A DNA stretch of 64,000 bases from Azolla caroliniana. Taxonomy: Eukaryota; Plantae; Polypodiophyta. Under the pieces are notes generated by a model, which saw only the letters and a list, made by a program, of their open reading frames with translations, had not been told where the DNA came from and made no database searches. How positions within the stretch are numbered: position 1 is the stretch's first letter; the number at the start of each line of letters is the position of its first letter. A program made the position numbers and the translations under genes. This document shows positions 60,891 to 64,000 of this stretch, piece after piece. Location: assembly GCA_043228905.1 (NCBI GenBank), contig JBHGNT010000018.1, positions 2,790,001-2,854,000 of the forward strand, read 5' to 3'.

Positions 60891-62753
60891 TCTCTTTTCT
60901 GTGTGTTGCTCTTCTCTCCATCCATTGATGCTCTCTCCCAGGTATCCCTTTATTTTTCTCCCCAAATCTCTCTCACTTTTTGCAAGCTTTTGTATACATA
61001 CATAATACATACATATAATCTGTCTGCATATACACGTACATACATATATAACGTTATCTTATTTATTTATTTTTGGATTAATCCCCTGCAAAATCTCTGT
61101 GTCATCTTCTATTTATTATTATTTTATTTTAAAAATTTCTTCATAAATGAGCTTTTTGCTTTTGATTTGGAGAGCGTCAGTCAGCTCTAAAAATCAAACG
61201 ATTCTCTTATTTAAGGTCTAGGTTTGGTCCCTTTCATTTTAATCATATGGAACCATGCATTTTTATGGAACCCCATTATTTGATTGTGATTCAATCAGCT
61301 TGTACTGTGAACCCCTTATGTTATTTTATGTATATATATGTATGTATGTATGTATAGTGGTCTCACTTTCTCAACATTCGTTGAAACCCATTATCATTTC
61401 TATTTTCTTCTTTTTTGATGTGATTGTGAGCTTATTAAACCCAATTTATGATTATGTATTATAATAGTCATGTACATCGGCTCATTTTTAAGCTATCAAT
61501 AGCTACAACTAGGTTATTGAATTCCTATAATTTTTTCTGTGTTGAAAAACTTCTTCAAATGAGCTCTATCTGAATTGGTTCCTTTTGCCTTAAATTATGA
61601 GTCTCTTATTATCAAGAATCTGTTAATTTTCTTTCGTTTTTGATCAAGTCCATGTATTTTATACTTGTTGTCACTCTTTGCAAGACTTATTTGAAAGACA
61701 TTTATTTCATGATTGTTTTGCCTATCTTTGCAATTTGAAATCCATTTTGCAATTTTAACATGATGATTGTTTTGTGAATTTGCAAAGCTTATTTGAAAAA
61801 TAATTATATGATGATTGTTGTCCATCTCAGTATGCGATAAATCAACCATTATTGAGCTCTCAATAGTAGGGCTTATTGAATTCAGCCATTGTTTGATTGT
61901 GGTCAATCTGAGCTCTTAAACACTAGAGATTATGGAACCCATTATATAGTTATGTACAATAATGTCTCTGAGCTCATAATTCTAGAATCTTATCGAACTA
62001 TTATGCTGTAAATAACAAAACATTTTGGCATTGTGGAATCACGTTTTCTTGCTGGCTTCTACCATATACTACTCTAGAAAGAAAAGGAGGATGAAAGAAA
62101 GATGTATATTAATTATCTCTAGGAGGCCAAAGTGGCCAATTAGACCCACGAAGAGGTTAGAACTGAAATGATGGGTTGGGCTATCTATGAGAACACCTAA
62201 CAGCAATCAAAAGAAGTGAACACAATACTCAGACTAGAGATACATTGAACATATTCTTACCACATGTTTGTGGATCCCATGTGTAGAGGCATTAGATTAA
62301 CATTGAGAACATATGTTCTGCGGCTTCTGTTATCATCAGTTTACAGCGAGAATCTGTATAATGGTACCGTATTAGTCTTAATGGATTTTTGTACAATGCA
62401 ATGTTCTGGATTCTTCAACAGCCACGGTGATATATCACTGATTTCAGAGAGGGAGAGAGAGAGATTTGATACAACAATATAATAATATGTATGTAATGTG
62501 TCACTTCAACAGATTCACATCCTTCCTGCATGTTGTGCGTCCTTTCGTCAAACACAATGGTGACTTGACAAGGCTCATTACTATTGGATTGACATTACAA
62601 GAAACTAGCAGATATGGTACAAAATGACACAATGTCTACATCAAGCAAGTGAACAGTGGTATAAGGATCTAATAATAGTGGCAAGTAGTTTTTTTACCAG
62701 AACATTTTAAGCAATCTACAGACATTGCCTCTTGAGGATCAAAGACAGTTGAC

Positions 62754-63971
62754 ATGGCAACTTATCTTCCACCTGGATCAAATGTCAAAGGAGATACTAT
62801 GCAAACGCTCTATCTTATGAATCCGAGCTATGCTGGATATACTGATTCGCCAAATTCGGGAAACATGGTTCTTGTCGGATCAGCTTCAAATCCAGTGGGC
62901 AACATTAGTCAAAATCATCAGCAACAGAGTTATATGGGCTTTTCGCTCCCTCCTCATGTGTCTCAGCAGTCTCACACGATGACAACCAACATGAGTCATC
63001 AAAATGTGTCCTCAGAGATGTTCACAAATTGTGGCAATAGCCAAGGATATAGTTGGAATGGTGGGAATGAATTAATGTTCATACCCTCTAGTGACATGAG
63101 GGAGGAGAATCAGTCTCTGGCAACCAGGCTGAGTTCAGTAACTCCATCTGGGCAACACTCTGCTTCTGGATTAAGGAATATTTCTCAAGAGTCTTTCCAG
63201 GATCAACAAGTGGCGTTCATTCCTAGTGGGATTACTCTGTCAGAGGGCATGCAAGCACCTTCAGGTGCTGGCCAGATCCTCTCTCTCTCTCTTTCTCCGC
63301 AACCGTCTATGATTATAAATCAGTTGCATCATCATCCCTTCCCTGTCCAACAGTCGGACTTGGGACTCAATAATGGTGCTGGTTTTGCTGATATGATGAC
63401 GGGCACAGAGGGCTACCCAGCTAAAGGGGAGAGAATGTATTCTAACCAATGGATGATGGCAGAGGGAGGTTTGAGCTCGTTGAGGATTTTTCCTAATGTT
63501 TTAGTCTCTAATTTCCAAGACCATCTCATTGGTAGCAGTGGCGGTGGTGCCATGGTGGCAAACAGTAGACACGTTAATGGTATGTTCTCAACCTCTTCCC
63601 CAAAAGCTGATATCTACAGTTCAAAGTATCTCAAATGTGCACAAGAGCTTCTCAATGAGGTGGTGAGTGTCGGAAAGGATGCAAAAGACAGCATAAATCC
63701 ATCATCAAAGGCACATTCTTGGGCCACGCCGACCTCTTACGAAACCACATCTTTTCAAGACAAAGACTCAGTAGAAACTAATGGGAAAGATGGAGTTGCT
63801 CCCATGGCTAGCTGGGTCACTGAAAAAGATGTAGTTCCTTGTGTCTCCGTTGTGGCTAACAATACTGTGGGAATTCCGAACCAGAATGTTGAACAAAACA
63901 TCGAACTTACAACAGCCGAAAAACAAGAGATTCAAATGAAGAAGTCAAAGCTTATGACCATGCTTGATGAG
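62754..63971 (+). CDS. BLH: BEL1-like (BELL/BLH, TALE homeodomain) transcription factor, first coding exon (406 codons), BLH1-like
   Basis: MATY...MQTLYLMNPSY N-terminus, NELMFIP, QILSLSLS, SKY box SKYLKCAQELLNEVVSV, BELL start ELTTAEKQEIQMKKSKLMTMLDE, then GT donor at 63972; in-frame stop at 62733 upstream of the ATG. Confidence 0.95.
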
Positions 63972-64000
63972 GTAAAATTATTCCTATACTTGTACATCAA

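Noticed and set aside
59770-61190. Hydrophobic ORFs rich in Ile, Tyr, Phe and Leu
   Set aside because: Translations of simple repeats and AT-rich DNA.
62614-62652. 12-codon uORF upstream of the BEL gene
   Set aside because: May be intronic if the acceptor at 62700 is used; no conservation evidence available.

Overview
Land-plant nuclear DNA, probably from a non-seed plant such as a fern or lycophyte (inferred from the retroelement mix). Bases 1 to ~49,200 are a GC-rich pile of nested LTR retrotransposons: several Tnt1/Tork-like Ty1/copia copies (one nearly intact at 21646-26988, TSD ATCTA), non-chromovirus Ty3/gypsy elements with a large extra 3' ORF (one complete at 21122-44189, TSD AGCGG), fragments of a gypsy group with a tRNA-Trp-like PBS, a Tcn1-like fragment and solo LTRs. 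A decayed L1-type LINE (~49.2-53.1 kb) and AT-rich intergenic DNA follow. The window ends in the first coding exon of a BEL1-like TALE homeodomain gene (62754-63971), which the ORF track missed because the frame runs off the edge. Most unusual signal: two gypsy elements with dissimilar LTRs both lack a polypurine tract and instead carry a conserved tRNA-Arg-like 3' end (…GTCCCAC-RGGCGTG-CCA-NN) directly against the 3' LTR, a mirror-image second PBS. Also notable are their conserved ~900-codon extra ORF and a solo LTR with two tandem tRNA-like units. Identity counts are manual estimates and tRNA assignments are from recalled plant tRNA sequences.
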